Source of the DNA: Candidatus Phycocordibacter aenigmaticus
GTDB lineage: Bacteria; Patescibacteriota; Minisyncoccia; Phycocordibacterales; Phycocordibacteraceae
Length of the DNA stretch: 64,000 nt
Assembly (NCBI GenBank): GCA_045401115.1
Contig: CP174359.1
Span: 122,288 to 186,287 of the forward strand
Reading direction: 5' to 3'
Positions within the stretch are counted from its first letter, which is position 1. The number at the start of each line of letters is the position of its first letter. Below the pieces are notes generated by a model. That model ran no database searches. It was not told the DNA's origin and saw only the letters and a program-made list of their open reading frames with translations. Below are positions 47,261-57,226 of the stretch, in pieces. A program made the translations under genes and the position numbers.

Positions 47261-47557
47261 TTAACGAATCTCCCTAACCACCTCCTTTGCACGTGGAAGA
47301 CGTTCGAAAAGATTTTCAAAAACCAATGCACGGTTAACGTGTATAACATTACGTACTACCGAAGAAACATTAATATACGCAACTCCATTTGAAATAGTAA
47401 TTTGTTTCTTTGAACAAGAAACATCAACAGTCTCTTTTAAAGCTGCAATTAACTCCACCTTCACCGAATCATTTGGTGGGGCGAGGTTTTGAAACCGGTC
47501 TAGAAAATCACCAATTAACTTCATATATCTATTATTATAAAGGTTTTTAAAAATCAA
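47261..47557 (-). CDS. dciA: DUF721/DciA-like protein (replicative helicase loader candidate)
   Basis: 98-aa ORF immediately downstream of dnaN in the conserved dnaA-dnaN-(dciA) arrangement. Confidence 0.5.
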   Translation of the reverse strand: MIFKNLYNNRYMKLIGDFLDRFQNLAPPNDSVKVELIAALKETVDVSCSKKQITISNGVAYINVSSVVRNVIHVNRALVFENLFERLPRAKEVVREIR

Positions 47558-47671
47558 TGAGATGCGCGGCGTCGAGGAGCTAGGGTGCGAGTCGTACTTT
47601 CTTGTACGATGAAGTAGCCGCGCGACGAAGACAACAAAGCAGGTCGTGGTTTTTAGAAACCTCTCTTTAAC

Positions 47672-48772
47672 CTACTTGTTCATTGGCATTACAAGGTAAG
47701 TAAACCCCTTATCAGGAACCTCACTAATAATAAGCGGCTTCCCAACTCCGGAGAATTTAAACACCAAACTATCAGTCACCACTGTACTTAATGCATCAAG
47801 AATATACCGTATATTAAAATTAACTTGGATAGGTTCACCTTCAAGTGCAGCATCAACAGACTCTCTACTTTCACCAACTTGTGTATTAACACCATTTACT
47901 GAAAGCAGTTTACTTGAAGGGTCTAAGTTAAACGCCACCTGCCCCGCCTGGTCGGTTACCACAGCAACCTTTTTTAAAGCCCGTTGCAGGTCTTCAGTAA
48001 GTAATGTCGCTGTGGTGGTGAAATCTTTTGGGATAATTGCAGTGTACTCAGGAAAAGCACCGTCGATCACCCGTGATGTTATAAAATTCCCATCACTCAT
48101 ATAGGTAACCTGGTTTTCACCAACACGAACCTCAACAGTATCAGTCCTCTCAATAACCCGTAAAATATCCGGTATATTACGGGCCGGAAGAAGGATCGAA
48201 TCAATATTATTCTTCACTTTTATATCAGCTTTTATTTCAGATAGACGAAAAGAGTCTGTTGCGGCGGTTATCAACATCCCATCTTGGACTGTAAGAAAAA
48301 CACTCGCTAACTCAGGACGCATACCTGAGGTTGCTGCCGCAAAAACAACACCCTTAAGGGAACGAGAAAATTCCTTCACAGGAAGTGTCAAAGATACCCC
48401 CTCTCCTTCTTTTACACAGGGTAAGGTGGGGAAATCACTCACATCAATAGTGTTTAGTTTTACCTCACCGTGACCAGTAATAATTTTTAATATCCCCTCA
48501 TCACTTTCGAGGGTTATTTTTTCATCCGAAATAGCATTAACTGCCTGACTAAATACATGCGCCGGGACAGCGACATCCCCTTCTTTAACAACCTTTGACT
48601 TTAGAGCAATTTCAACACTCACATCAAGATTGGTTGCTCTTAGTGTTGTTTTATTTTGTGTTGCCGATATAACCACACACCCCAATACTGGTAATGATAA
48701 ATTTTTATTACTCACTCGAGAAACTATTTGAGTTGCGTCTTCTAAATGTTTTTTTAATAATTCTAATTTCAT
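47672..48772 (-). CDS. dnaN: DNA polymerase III beta sliding clamp
   Basis: 366 aa; three-domain clamp pattern. Confidence 0.9.
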   Translation of the reverse strand: MKLELLKKHLEDATQIVSRVSNKNLSLPVLGCVVISATQNKTTLRATNLDVSVEIALKSKVVKEGDVAVPAHVFSQAVNAISDEKITLESDEGILKIITGHGEVKLNTIDVSDFPTLPCVKEGEGVSLTLPVKEFSRSLKGVVFAAATSGMRPELASVFLTVQDGMLITAATDSFRLSEIKADIKVKNNIDSILLPARNIPDILRVIERTDTVEVRVGENQVTYMSDGNFITSRVIDGAFPEYTAIIPKDFTTTATLLTEDLQRALKKVAVVTDQAGQVAFNLDPSSKLLSVNGVNTQVGESRESVDAALEGEPIQVNFNIRYILDALSTVVTDSLVFKFSGVGKPLIISEVPDKGFTYLVMPMNK

Positions 48773-48979
48773 ATACTTTTTATTTTTATACTCTGTGAGA
48801 TGTGTGGATTACAGTTTATATCTTTAAAGTTAAGGCTGTATTCACAAAGGTGTGCTGGGTAACGGTGTGTGTAAGTCTTGTGAATAACAAACCAGTAAAA
48901 CAGAAAAAGTTGTACACAAAACAATTAACATATTTTTTAGATTGGTTATACCGATAGTTATTCATATACTCTTCCACAG

Positions 48980-50327
48980 TTATTTCAACATGCTACGCAC
49001 TTCTCCAATTTCATTTTTGAAATCTTCGTTACCACTAAGGTCTGTTTTTATTTTTTCACAGGCATGAATAACAGTAGTGTGGTCGCGCCCACCAAAGACA
49101 GAACCAATTGCAGGGTATGAGAGATGAAAATCTTCTCGAAGTATGTACATAATTATTTGCCGAGGGCGAACTATTTCGCGTTTTCGTGTTTTTGCATACA
49201 TAGATGCCTCTTCAACACCATAAAACTCAGCAACTTTTCCTATAATGTTTTTCACAGAAACAGAGCGCTTTGGTTTAGTGGTTGATTTAATAACATCTTT
49301 TATGGCGGTATCATTTAACTCACTATTGAGTTGAGTTTGTATAAGGATGGTGTTGAGCATCCCTTCAATCTCTCTAATATTACCGGTAATTGCCAAAGAA
49401 AGGTGTTCAATAATTTCGTCGCTTAAATTAAGGCCAATTGAGTTTGCTTTGGTTTTAATAATAGCCATACGTGACTCATGGTCGGGTTCTTGTATTGCAA
49501 CAGTCATGCCAGAGACAAAACGTGACTGGAGGCGGTCAGTAAGATCAGGAATAAGATTAGGGTGTTCGATCTGATGAACACACAATTTGTTTGTTACAGT
49601 CATGTAGTGTGTTGAAGAGATGGAAAAACTCTTCCTGAAGCGTCCCTTTTTTCGAGAAAAACTGTATATCATCCATAATTAATACATCATAGGCACGATA
49701 CTTCTCTTTAAAAGTGGGGATGGTGCGATTATTAATCGCATTCATAAATTCAAAACCAAACCGTTCTGCGGTAAGGTAGTACACTTTTTTTTGAGCGACT
49801 GTTTTTTTAATATGATTCCCCACACTTTGTATTAAGTGTGTTTTTCCACGCCCTGTTTCTCCATAAATAAAGAGTGGGTTATATGAAATGCCTGGGTTTT
49901 TTGCTACTGCACTTGCCCCAGCGAATGCAATTTCATTAAATGGACCAACCACAAAAGTATCAAATGTATATCGCGGGTTAAGGTTATCTGATCGATTAAC
50001 ATAATAATCAGCTAACGGGAGTTCAGAACCACTCTTTTCTTCAGTAGGAACTTTTTCAGGCACTCGTTTCGGTTCTTGTTTTGAAACAACATATTCAATA
50101 CCGCGCACTGTATCTACAAACCCTCTGATGGTTTTTAAAATAAGCTTTCCGAAACGCTCGGAAAGCCATTCTTTAGTAAGTTGATTCGGTACACCAACGT
50201 ATACCACTCCCCCTTCTATACGGATAATATGTGTTTCGCCAAACCACATTTTAAAACTTGCTGGGGAAATTGAGAGTTCAATGTTGGTCAAAGTGTTTTC
50301 CCAAAGCTGTTTTGTATCAAGTTCCAT
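48980..50327 (-). CDS. dnaA: Chromosomal replication initiator DnaA, interrupted by an apparent +1 frameshift at a CCC run near 49557-49560 (ORFs 49557..50327 and 48980..49672 overlap)
   Basis: N-terminal ORF has GETGRGKTHL and MDDIQFF...KQIVCSSDRTP*; the other frame continues PNLIPDLTDRLQSRF...and the C-terminal DNA-binding domain. Removing one C restores canonical SDRTP-NLIPDLT-DRLQSRF spacing. Confidence 0.85.
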
Positions 50328-50546
50328 AATAAAACGTAGAGTGAATGAGTTTCCCTATTATACCTGTGTGGAAAAGAAAATAAACATGAGGAAAAACCAA
50401 GTATATGTTAGTAACCTGTGTACAACCTGTGCACAACCTAATTTCAGTAAAAAATAGTAGAATACAGCTTTGACAATTCCACCTCACATGGTAATATCGC
50501 GCATACGTACTCTCATTAGAGACAGAGACGATATAATACATATTGT
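50328..50546. promoter_or_regulatory. Probable oriC / dnaA-rpmH divergent control region with DnaA-box-like motifs
   Basis: TGTGGAAAA (50366-50374), TGTGTACAA and TGTGCACAA (~50424-50448) resembling TGTGGATAA; an AT-rich stretch; flanked by dnaA and rpmH. Confidence 0.6.
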
Positions 50547-50684
50547 ATGCCAAAGAGAACCTATCAACCTAAAAAAAGAAAACGTGCTAAAACTCACGGT
50601 TTTTTATCTCGCTCAAAAACTCCTTCAGGCCGTCGCGTACTTGCTCGTAGGCGTCAAAAAGGTCGCGCAAAGCTCGCTGTATAG
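50547..50684 (+). CDS. rpmH: Ribosomal protein L34
   Basis: [45 protein letters not shown] (45 aa; below the ORF-track length cutoff). Confidence 0.9.
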   Translation: MPKRTYQPKKRKRAKTHGFLSRSKTPSGRRVLARRRQKGRAKLAV

Positions 50685-50693
50685 TCAGACACT

Positions 50694-51014
50694 ATGTTGT
50701 CTAAAAAGGCGCGACTTTCTCGAGATGATTTCCCTAAAAAGCGCGCAACAAAGCGGTACCCTCTCTCGTGGGGTGCTGTTTTAGTTTACCCACACAATCA
50801 TTTTAAGGCAGCAGTAGTGGTTTCAAAAAAAACACTTAAAAAAGCGCACGAAAGGAATAGGCTCAAACGTCGTGTTTATGCAGCTCTCGAGTCTTTATCA
50901 ACAGAAGTACTACTGGTAAAAGTGGTAGTACTTCCCCGCTCAGAGGCGCTTACTGTACCTTTAGGTGCACTAAAAACTGACCTTGAACACGTGTTAGGCA
51001 AAGAAATGCACTAA
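50694..51014 (+). CDS. rnpA: RNase P protein component
   Basis: 106 aa; basic; position after rpmH. Confidence 0.8.
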   Translation: MLSKKARLSRDDFPKKRATKRYPLSWGAVLVYPHNHFKAAVVVSKKTLKKAHERNRLKRRVYAALESLSTEVLLVKVVVLPRSEALTVPLGALKTDLEHVLGKEMH

Positions 51015-51057
51015 AAACATTTTAGTTATCGTATTTCTGGGTTAGAATGCACTCAAT

Positions 51058-51798
51058 ATGATTGGACTTTTTGACACATTTATTTACGAGCCTATTTACA
51101 ATGCGCTCGCGTTCATTATTAACATTACCCCGGGTGCAGATATTGGAATCGCGATCATTGTCCTTACGTTAATTATTAAATTCATTCTTTTTCCGCTCTC
51201 GCTTAAGGCAGTCCGCACTCAAGCAGCAATGCGTGAAATTGATCCCGAGTTAAAAAAAATCAAAGAAGAGTTTAAAGAGAACAGAGAAGAGCAGGCGCGG
51301 CGGACCATGGCGCTTCTTAAGGACAAAAAAATCAACCCGTTTGCGAGTTTCCTCCTCATTCTGATACAGCTCCCTGTCATTATTGGACTCTATTTTGTCT
51401 TTTTAGGTAATGGTGGCGGCATAGGTTTTGACCCAGCTGTCCTTTACTCTTTTATTTCTGTTCCAGAGAATGTGTCCTTTAACTTTCTTGGGATTATTGA
51501 CCTTTCAGGGCGCAGTATTGCCCTTGCTGCACTTGTAGCGGCGACACAGTTTGTGAACGCACGCCTTATGATGCCGAACGCTCCAGACGCCGAAGCAGGT
51601 ACCCTTAAGGGTGACTTAGCAAAGAGTATGCATATGCAGATGCGTTGGGTGTTCCCTATTGTTATGGGAGTGGTGGCGTATGTTATTTCAGCAGCCATTG
51701 CACTATACTTTCTTATATCGAACCTCTTCCAACTTTTCCAAGAACTCTACGTAAAACATAATCAAAGCACTGATGCCAATGGAGAAAGTCAACATTAA
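51058..51798 (+). CDS. yidC: Membrane protein insertase YidC (short form)
   Basis: 246 aa; multi-TM; conserved position after rnpA. Confidence 0.8.
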   Translation: MIGLFDTFIYEPIYNALAFIINITPGADIGIAIIVLTLIIKFILFPLSLKAVRTQAAMREIDPELKKIKEEFKENREEQARRTMALLKDKKINPFASFLLILIQLPVIIGLYFVFLGNGGGIGFDPAVLYSFISVPENVSFNFLGIIDLSGRSIALAALVAATQFVNARLMMPNAPDAEAGTLKGDLAKSMHMQMRWVFPIVMGVVAYVISAAIALYFLISNLFQLFQELYVKHNQSTDANGESQH

Positions 51799-52237
51799 AG
51801 AATATATAACCACTCTTGTTCAAAAACTTGGAGCGACCGTCGCTGAAGTAGATGTTTTTGAGGATGCGCGCGGCACAGTGGTTAATCTTACTGTTACTGA
51901 TAATGCACATGCACTCATTGGTCCTCATAAAGAAACACTACGCGCCCTCAATCATATTGTTCGGCGTGTTACTGAAGGGCAGTCTGAGGATGAGGTACCT
52001 ATACGAGTGGATATCAATAACCATGAAACCAACCACCTTCGTTTTTTGGAGAACCAAGCACAACAGCTTGCCGAGAGGGTCGTAACCTTAAAACAAGAGG
52101 TTGAAATGACGCCAATGAACCCATACGACCGCATGATCGTACATGAAACCATACGTGACATAGAAGGAGTAAGCACTCAGTCTGTCGGCGAGGGGCGACT
52201 CCGTCATGTTGTTATCCAACCGGATACAGATCAATAG
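51773..52237 (+). CDS. jag: Jag/KhpB-like RNA-binding protein (KH + R3H domains)
   Basis: 154 aa; R3H-like NPYDRMIVHETI. Confidence 0.7.
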   Translation: MPMEKVNIKEYITTLVQKLGATVAEVDVFEDARGTVVNLTVTDNAHALIGPHKETLRALNHIVRRVTEGQSEDEVPIRVDINNHETNHLRFLENQAQQLAERVVTLKQEVEMTPMNPYDRMIVHETIRDIEGVSTQSVGEGRLRHVVIQPDTDQ

Positions 52238-52241
52238 TATA

Positions 52242-53225
52242 TTAAAAATTTAGTCGGAAACTCGTTTCTGCCTGTTCAAATATTTGTTGCAGGTTTTTTA
52301 ATTCAAATGAAATAGGCGCACTTCCTCCTCCGTCTCCTGAGCGGCGAAGCGTGAGCTCCCGTTCAGTGCGCCCGGTATTTTTAGTTACCTCGCCATTAAC
52401 ACGCCATTCGTATTCAGGTGTAGTAATATCTTGCACAAACAAAGGAAAAGCCTGGAAGGTCACTTCGTCTTCATTTAGATTTTTTATATTTGTAATAGCG
52501 CGGTCAAATCGAAGCCCAAGAAGCGGCATATATTCATATACGACTATCTCCGGACGAACAGGGGTCACTGTGACGGTATGAGTTGCTTGTTGAACACCGT
52601 CCGGACTCTGAACAGTCACTGATACGTCAAAATTATTCTCAAATTGCGGTGAATCGATTGAGATTGAGTGTACCCCTACCCCAGTGCGTACTGGGCGTGG
52701 AGACCCGTTTATAAACCAACTATATATAAGATTGTCTGGATTTAGGCGACTCCCATTTTGTATAAAGTAAGGGATCGCTGAAAGTATCGTCCTACTGCTC
52801 CCAGTGGGTAGTGGACGCCCTTCATAAAAAGGAGGAGTATAGGTATCTCCTTCCCATTCAATAGAAACTAATGCTGGACGAAGACGGAGCTGTTTTTCTG
52901 CCACCGGCGCACCATCTTGTGAAAGTGTAAGGTTTATTGTCGTTACTGACCCACTTTCACCCAACTGAACTTGAATAGCATCACGTCCAACTCCTTGGTC
53001 AACAATACTGCCGTTGACGCGCCATATAAAAAGAGCGCTTCCAAGTGTGGACGATATATTTTGCGCTCGCACTGTTATCACAGACCCCGGTTCTGGGTTT
53101 CTAGGAATCGTTTCCAAACTTAACCCGGTCTCTAAATTGGGAACAAAAACCGCATATACTAAAAGGGGTGCCATGAAAATGGTTACAGCAAGTGTGGCAA
53201 GGAGTAAGCGCATGGTTGATTTCAT
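52242..53225 (-). CDS. Hypothetical secreted beta-rich protein, last gene of the T4SS-like cluster
   Basis: 327 aa; signal/TM MRLLLATLAVTIFMAPLLVYAV. Confidence 0.45.
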   Translation of the reverse strand: MKSTMRLLLATLAVTIFMAPLLVYAVFVPNLETGLSLETIPRNPEPGSVITVRAQNISSTLGSALFIWRVNGSIVDQGVGRDAIQVQLGESGSVTTINLTLSQDGAPVAEKQLRLRPALVSIEWEGDTYTPPFYEGRPLPTGSSRTILSAIPYFIQNGSRLNPDNLIYSWFINGSPRPVRTGVGVHSISIDSPQFENNFDVSVTVQSPDGVQQATHTVTVTPVRPEIVVYEYMPLLGLRFDRAITNIKNLNEDEVTFQAFPLFVQDITTPEYEWRVNGEVTKNTGRTERELTLRRSGDGGGSAPISFELKNLQQIFEQAETSFRLNF

Positions 53226-53279
53226 ACCTCTGTACCCATTATAGAGGCAAAACTGCTCCTCGGGCAGCAGGTGTGGGGA

Positions 53280-55088
53280 CTATTCTTCATTATCTTTATT
53301 TCTTCGTCCAATAGCCAAGAGTTGTGACGGGTCTGATGTGATTATTTGATCTTCAGTGTATGATGCAATGATTTTAATCGCTACATGTTTTAGGCCCGCA
53401 AAGAATATCCCCTCACCTACAGTGGACTCAAGTAGTAAGTATTTTTCTTCTTCAGTGAGGTTAAAGGTTTTTTGTACTGCATCAATAGATGACGGTGATT
53501 GTTTAAGAAGAAGCTGGATAGATGAGTTGGTAATCATTGGCATACCATAGGGTGAGCGGAGGAAGTCTTCTACGTCTTGGGTAATAGTAGCGAGCCCTAA
53601 GTAGTATTTACGTCCTCGTTTTGCCATAGAGTAAAGGAAAGAGGCGGTATCTTCTGACTTCATCATCCACCACGCCTCGTCGATCACCAGGAGACGTTTA
53701 CGCAACTCTTTACGTACTGCATTCCAGATATAGTGCATCACGATATACATAGCAACAGGTTTGAGCTCATCCTCCATGTCACGTACCGAGAACGCCACAA
53801 ACTTTTTATTAATGTCCACGTTAGTAGGGCGGTTGATGAACCCTGACCAGGTGCCTTTTGTATATTTTGAGAGGCGTTGCACTAACGACTCTGACCCTTC
53901 CATACCCGCAAGCACGAGTTCAAAATCAGAGAGTAGTGGCGGCTCCATACCAGTGAAATCTGCGTCACCAGTAATATCTTTCAATGCATAGGTTTCAGTA
54001 ATGGCGCGGTCAATAATCGCGTCTTCTTCAGGTGAAAGTCCACCAAGCATGATACGAAAGAGTCCCACCAATGTCACAATGTTTGACCGCAGTACGTCTG
54101 CCGGCGCTTCATCTTCTCGAGGAGCTGGAAGATCAAAAGGGTTAATATGATTCTCTGAAGAGAGTGAAATATCAAAGAAACGCCCACCCACTGCATTCGC
54201 GAGGTACTCGTACTCACTTTCCGGATCAATCACCAGCACCTCGGTGTCGAACATGAGGGAACGCAGGATCTCAAGTTTAGTGGCATAACTTTTACCAGAA
54301 CCTGATTTTGCGAACGTTACCGAGTTATAGTTTTCAAGTGAGAAGCGGTCAAATAAAATAAGTGATGCGTTATGACGGTTAATACCATAGAGAATGCCGC
54401 GGTCTGAAGTGAGGTCAAATGAAATGAATGGAAAAAGACTGGAAAGTGGTGAAGAATTGAGTTTTGAGTGTACTCTCAGCTCATCTTTCCCGGTAGGAAT
54501 AACACTTTTGAATCCTTGTTCTTGCTGGAAGAGCGCCGGCTTTACATACACGAGCTTAGCGTCAAGAATTGAGCGTATTTCTGACTCAGTTTTATCAAGA
54601 TCCTCCGAATTATTACCATAGATGGTTATATACACTCCCACATCAAAAATACGCTCCTGCGCCTGCTGTAGCTTGTCACGCAACGCCTCAATGTCGCGGT
54701 AGGCAGTGTCAAGCACCGGATCGCGCACCAACCCTTTCTCTTCCCTACTCATTACCTGGCTTTGAATTTCTGCTACTTTCTTTTGAAATTTACGCAGTAC
54801 TGCCGCGGTATCAATAGGGTGTACGTAAATTGATACATCGAACACCTTATCAAGGTTAATAATAGGAGAGAACCAACTCTCAGAGAGAAAACGCGGGTAT
54901 GAGATTACATAGAATGTACGCGCGAGTTTATCACCTAAGTTCATCTCACGCGGCGTTATCTTGAGCGCACTTGGCGCGATGATGTCGGCAAAATCCAGCT
55001 TTGCAGCTTCATAAATATCTTTTGGTAAAAACGGCGTAATATCGTCATCACCTTTCTTTTTCCCCGGCAAAAAATCAAAAATTCCCAT
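53280..55088 (-). CDS. virB4: VirB4/TraC/TrbE-family type IV secretion ATPase, C-terminal ATPase part (602 aa). In frame with the upstream 224-aa ORF and separated from it by a single TAA.
   Basis: Walker A AKSGSGKSYATK; Walker B LLVIDEAWWMM; overall VirB4 pattern. 55095 and 55088 ends share the same reading frame. Confidence 0.8.
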   Translation of the reverse strand: MGIFDFLPGKKKGDDDITPFLPKDIYEAAKLDFADIIAPSALKITPREMNLGDKLARTFYVISYPRFLSESWFSPIINLDKVFDVSIYVHPIDTAAVLRKFQKKVAEIQSQVMSREEKGLVRDPVLDTAYRDIEALRDKLQQAQERIFDVGVYITIYGNNSEDLDKTESEIRSILDAKLVYVKPALFQQEQGFKSVIPTGKDELRVHSKLNSSPLSSLFPFISFDLTSDRGILYGINRHNASLILFDRFSLENYNSVTFAKSGSGKSYATKLEILRSLMFDTEVLVIDPESEYEYLANAVGGRFFDISLSSENHINPFDLPAPREDEAPADVLRSNIVTLVGLFRIMLGGLSPEEDAIIDRAITETYALKDITGDADFTGMEPPLLSDFELVLAGMEGSESLVQRLSKYTKGTWSGFINRPTNVDINKKFVAFSVRDMEDELKPVAMYIVMHYIWNAVRKELRKRLLVIDEAWWMMKSEDTASFLYSMAKRGRKYYLGLATITQDVEDFLRSPYGMPMITNSSIQLLLKQSPSSIDAVQKTFNLTEEEKYLLLESTVGEGIFFAGLKHVAIKIIASYTEDQIITSDPSQLLAIGRRNKDNEE

Positions 55089-55094
55089 ATATGC

Positions 55095-55769
55095 TTATTG
55101 ATTGTTAAGTGAAATCGGCTTTTCCAGTTCCCCTGGGTTGAATTCCTTATATAAAAGTTCTATCACCTCCTCGGTGCCCAGTGGCGCTAGACGTACCCCT
55201 GTACGCGCCAACCCTTGTTCAACAACCGACATGCGTTGCTCAAGTTGGGTACGGTACTCTTCAAAACCTACATCTTTCTCCTCAGCAGAAAGTTTACTAT
55301 TACCAAAAAAGGTACTCGCAATATTTTTCTTTACGTCCAAAATAGGTGGATTATACGGAATTACAATAAAGAATCGCTTCTCCATGATATTTACCCGTTC
55401 AGTGATAGAGCGAATAAACTCAATATATTCACGTACTTGAATCTTCATCAACTCTTCTGTTTGTTCGCGTAGACGCTCTTCAAGGAGTGCGATATACGGC
55501 CGTATGTCGAGCCGGCGTGATTGCACAAAAAGTTGTACTGAGAAATCAAGCGAATTGAGGAAGTTTTGGAATTGAGACAGAATCGCCATTTGTTCATCTT
55601 GGCTCTTTAAAGCAAAGTTAAGGCTCGATGCCAGCATAACCCCCACCAAGGTGTCATCCTTCAGTACCATTAAGCCACCGCGCACCTCTTTAATAGGTAC
55701 AAAGTCTTGAGCGGCTTTTGTTTTTTTTGTATTCTGCGCCACAGCTTTTATTGTAACGTATAAAAACAC
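55095..55769 (-). CDS. VirB4 N-terminal domain-like protein (224 aa), in frame with the downstream VirB4 ATPase ORF
   Basis: N-terminal VirB4-like region; the two ORFs together give ~828 aa, the usual VirB4 length. Confidence 0.55.
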   Translation of the reverse strand: MFLYVTIKAVAQNTKKTKAAQDFVPIKEVRGGLMVLKDDTLVGVMLASSLNFALKSQDEQMAILSQFQNFLNSLDFSVQLFVQSRRLDIRPYIALLEERLREQTEELMKIQVREYIEFIRSITERVNIMEKRFFIVIPYNPPILDVKKNIASTFFGNSKLSAEEKDVGFEEYRTQLEQRMSVVEQGLARTGVRLAPLGTEEVIELLYKEFNPGELEKPISLNNQ

Positions 55770-55879
55770 ACCGACGGTGTTTTTTACGATACGTAATCAC
55801 AGTATGTCTGTATTGGTATTAAAACACCGACAGCCTTGCATGACTATCGGTGTACTCATCAACCTCTTTTTTATAGAAT

Positions 55880-56263
55880 CTAAACCTTTCCTCCTTGGGT
55901 GGCTTGCTGTTTGGCGTTATTGTATACACCCTGTATTCCCTTGTACACTGCCCACGCTAAGAAAAGCTCAAACATGCCGGCACGTATTAATTCTCCAACA
56001 TCACCTGAGCTCACCTGTACAGTGTCATAAGAAAAAAAAGACGCATCCTCCCCTTCAATATCAGCTCCATTTTTTAAATGCTCAATCCGTCCTGGATCGT
56101 TTTCTGGGTCATAGGTGTTACGCAGTCTATGGTCATCAAAAGTGCCATCAAACGCGTCTGCAGCAACAGGTCCAATAGCCATGGGGTAAAAAATAGCTCC
56201 AATCATGGTCCCTCCCATTATTGATTGGTTGAAAGTTAGATTTTTACTTTTCTCTGCTCCCAT
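55880..56263 (-). CDS. Hypothetical small protein with a C-terminal hydrophobic helix
   Basis: 127-aa ORF upstream of virB4 on the same strand. Confidence 0.35.
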   Translation of the reverse strand: MGAEKSKNLTFNQSIMGGTMIGAIFYPMAIGPVAADAFDGTFDDHRLRNTYDPENDPGRIEHLKNGADIEGEDASFFSYDTVQVSSGDVGELIRAGMFELFLAWAVYKGIQGVYNNAKQQATQGGKV

Positions 56264-56359
56264 AATGAATATAATATACTACATTTTGTATATATTGTCA
56301 ATACTCTCTCGAATAGGAATTATTGACATTAACATATATTACTGTATTATCACAAAAGT

Positions 56360-56746
56360 ATGAGATTAGGACGATTACGTTTTTTTGCTCCCCTTTCTAA
56401 CTCGGTTATTGAAGGAGTTAGTAAGAGCGCTGCCCCTGGTGGAATACTTAATAAGGGTGGACAAAAACTACGAGAAGCTGCTCCTTCAATTAAGAATTCA
56501 GGAGACTTACTCGGTCTCACTGTAGGTGGTGCAGCACTGTTAGCTTTATCAAACAAAGACTCACGAGAATTCCTATTTGATTCTAGTGAAGGTGCATACG
56601 ATTTTTTTACTGGAAGCCGAGAAGGGTTTGTGGAAGCGGCTGGTACCACTGAATTATGGACCACCCCTGAGATGGGTGTGATTTATGCGTTTATTGCAAT
56701 AGCTATAGCAGATCGTCTTGGTTTCCAACCTCTAAAGAAAGTTTAA
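56360..56746 (+). CDS. Hypothetical small protein (one TM near the C-terminus), divergent from the T4SS-like cluster
   Basis: 128-aa ORF; the AT-rich divergent promoter region 56264-56359 has TTGACA/TGTCAA palindromic elements. Confidence 0.35.
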   Translation: MRLGRLRFFAPLSNSVIEGVSKSAAPGGILNKGGQKLREAAPSIKNSGDLLGLTVGGAALLALSNKDSREFLFDSSEGAYDFFTGSREGFVEAAGTTELWTTPEMGVIYAFIAIAIADRLGFQPLKKV

Positions 56747-56750
56747 ACTA

Positions 56751-57182
56751 CTAGCGTTGCGATTCATCGGAATAAATACTTTCTTTAATATCTAGGCTCC
56801 ACGCCAAATCCTTGAGTTTATTTGATGTAGCTGCTGGGGCGTATTTCCCTGGATCGTCTTCTTTTTTTAGATCCCCCTGATTTACAATTTTTGGTTTTGT
56901 CGCACGTTCTTTATCCCAAATATATAACTGATCTTTGGTATTAAATTCTACCGCCGCTTGAAGTACCTCAATAAACGGTCGGTCGTTTACCTTATAAAAT
57001 GCGAGCGCCAGACCAAGTATTGCTATTGGCCCTCCTACAAGGATAGCGAGCCACAGTGGCAGTACTATCCACATAGCTACCAAGAAACCAACTCCTCCGG
57101 CAAGGTAGACAAACTGCGTCACCGTGAGCGGTCCGAATATCTTATCTTCTACTTCAATAAACTGTGGTACTTGAAAACGCAT
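56751..57182 (-). CDS. PrgI/VirB3-like small membrane protein (2 TM)
   Basis: MRFQVPQFIEVEDKIFGPLTVTQFVYLAGGVGFLVAMWIVLPLWLAILVGGPIAILGLALAFY. Confidence 0.5.
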   Translation of the reverse strand: MRFQVPQFIEVEDKIFGPLTVTQFVYLAGGVGFLVAMWIVLPLWLAILVGGPIAILGLALAFYKVNDRPFIEVLQAAVEFNTKDQLYIWDKERATKPKIVNQGDLKKEDDPGKYAPAATSNKLKDLAWSLDIKESIYSDESQR

Positions 57183-57226
57183 ATATGTAGGCTATTTCTT
57201 TAGCATACCATTGTGGTATGCGAGTT

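Noticed and set aside
50317-50553. 78-aa minus-strand ORF upstream of dnaA.
   Set aside because: It lies in the oriC/DnaA-box region and overlaps the rpmH start; not coding.
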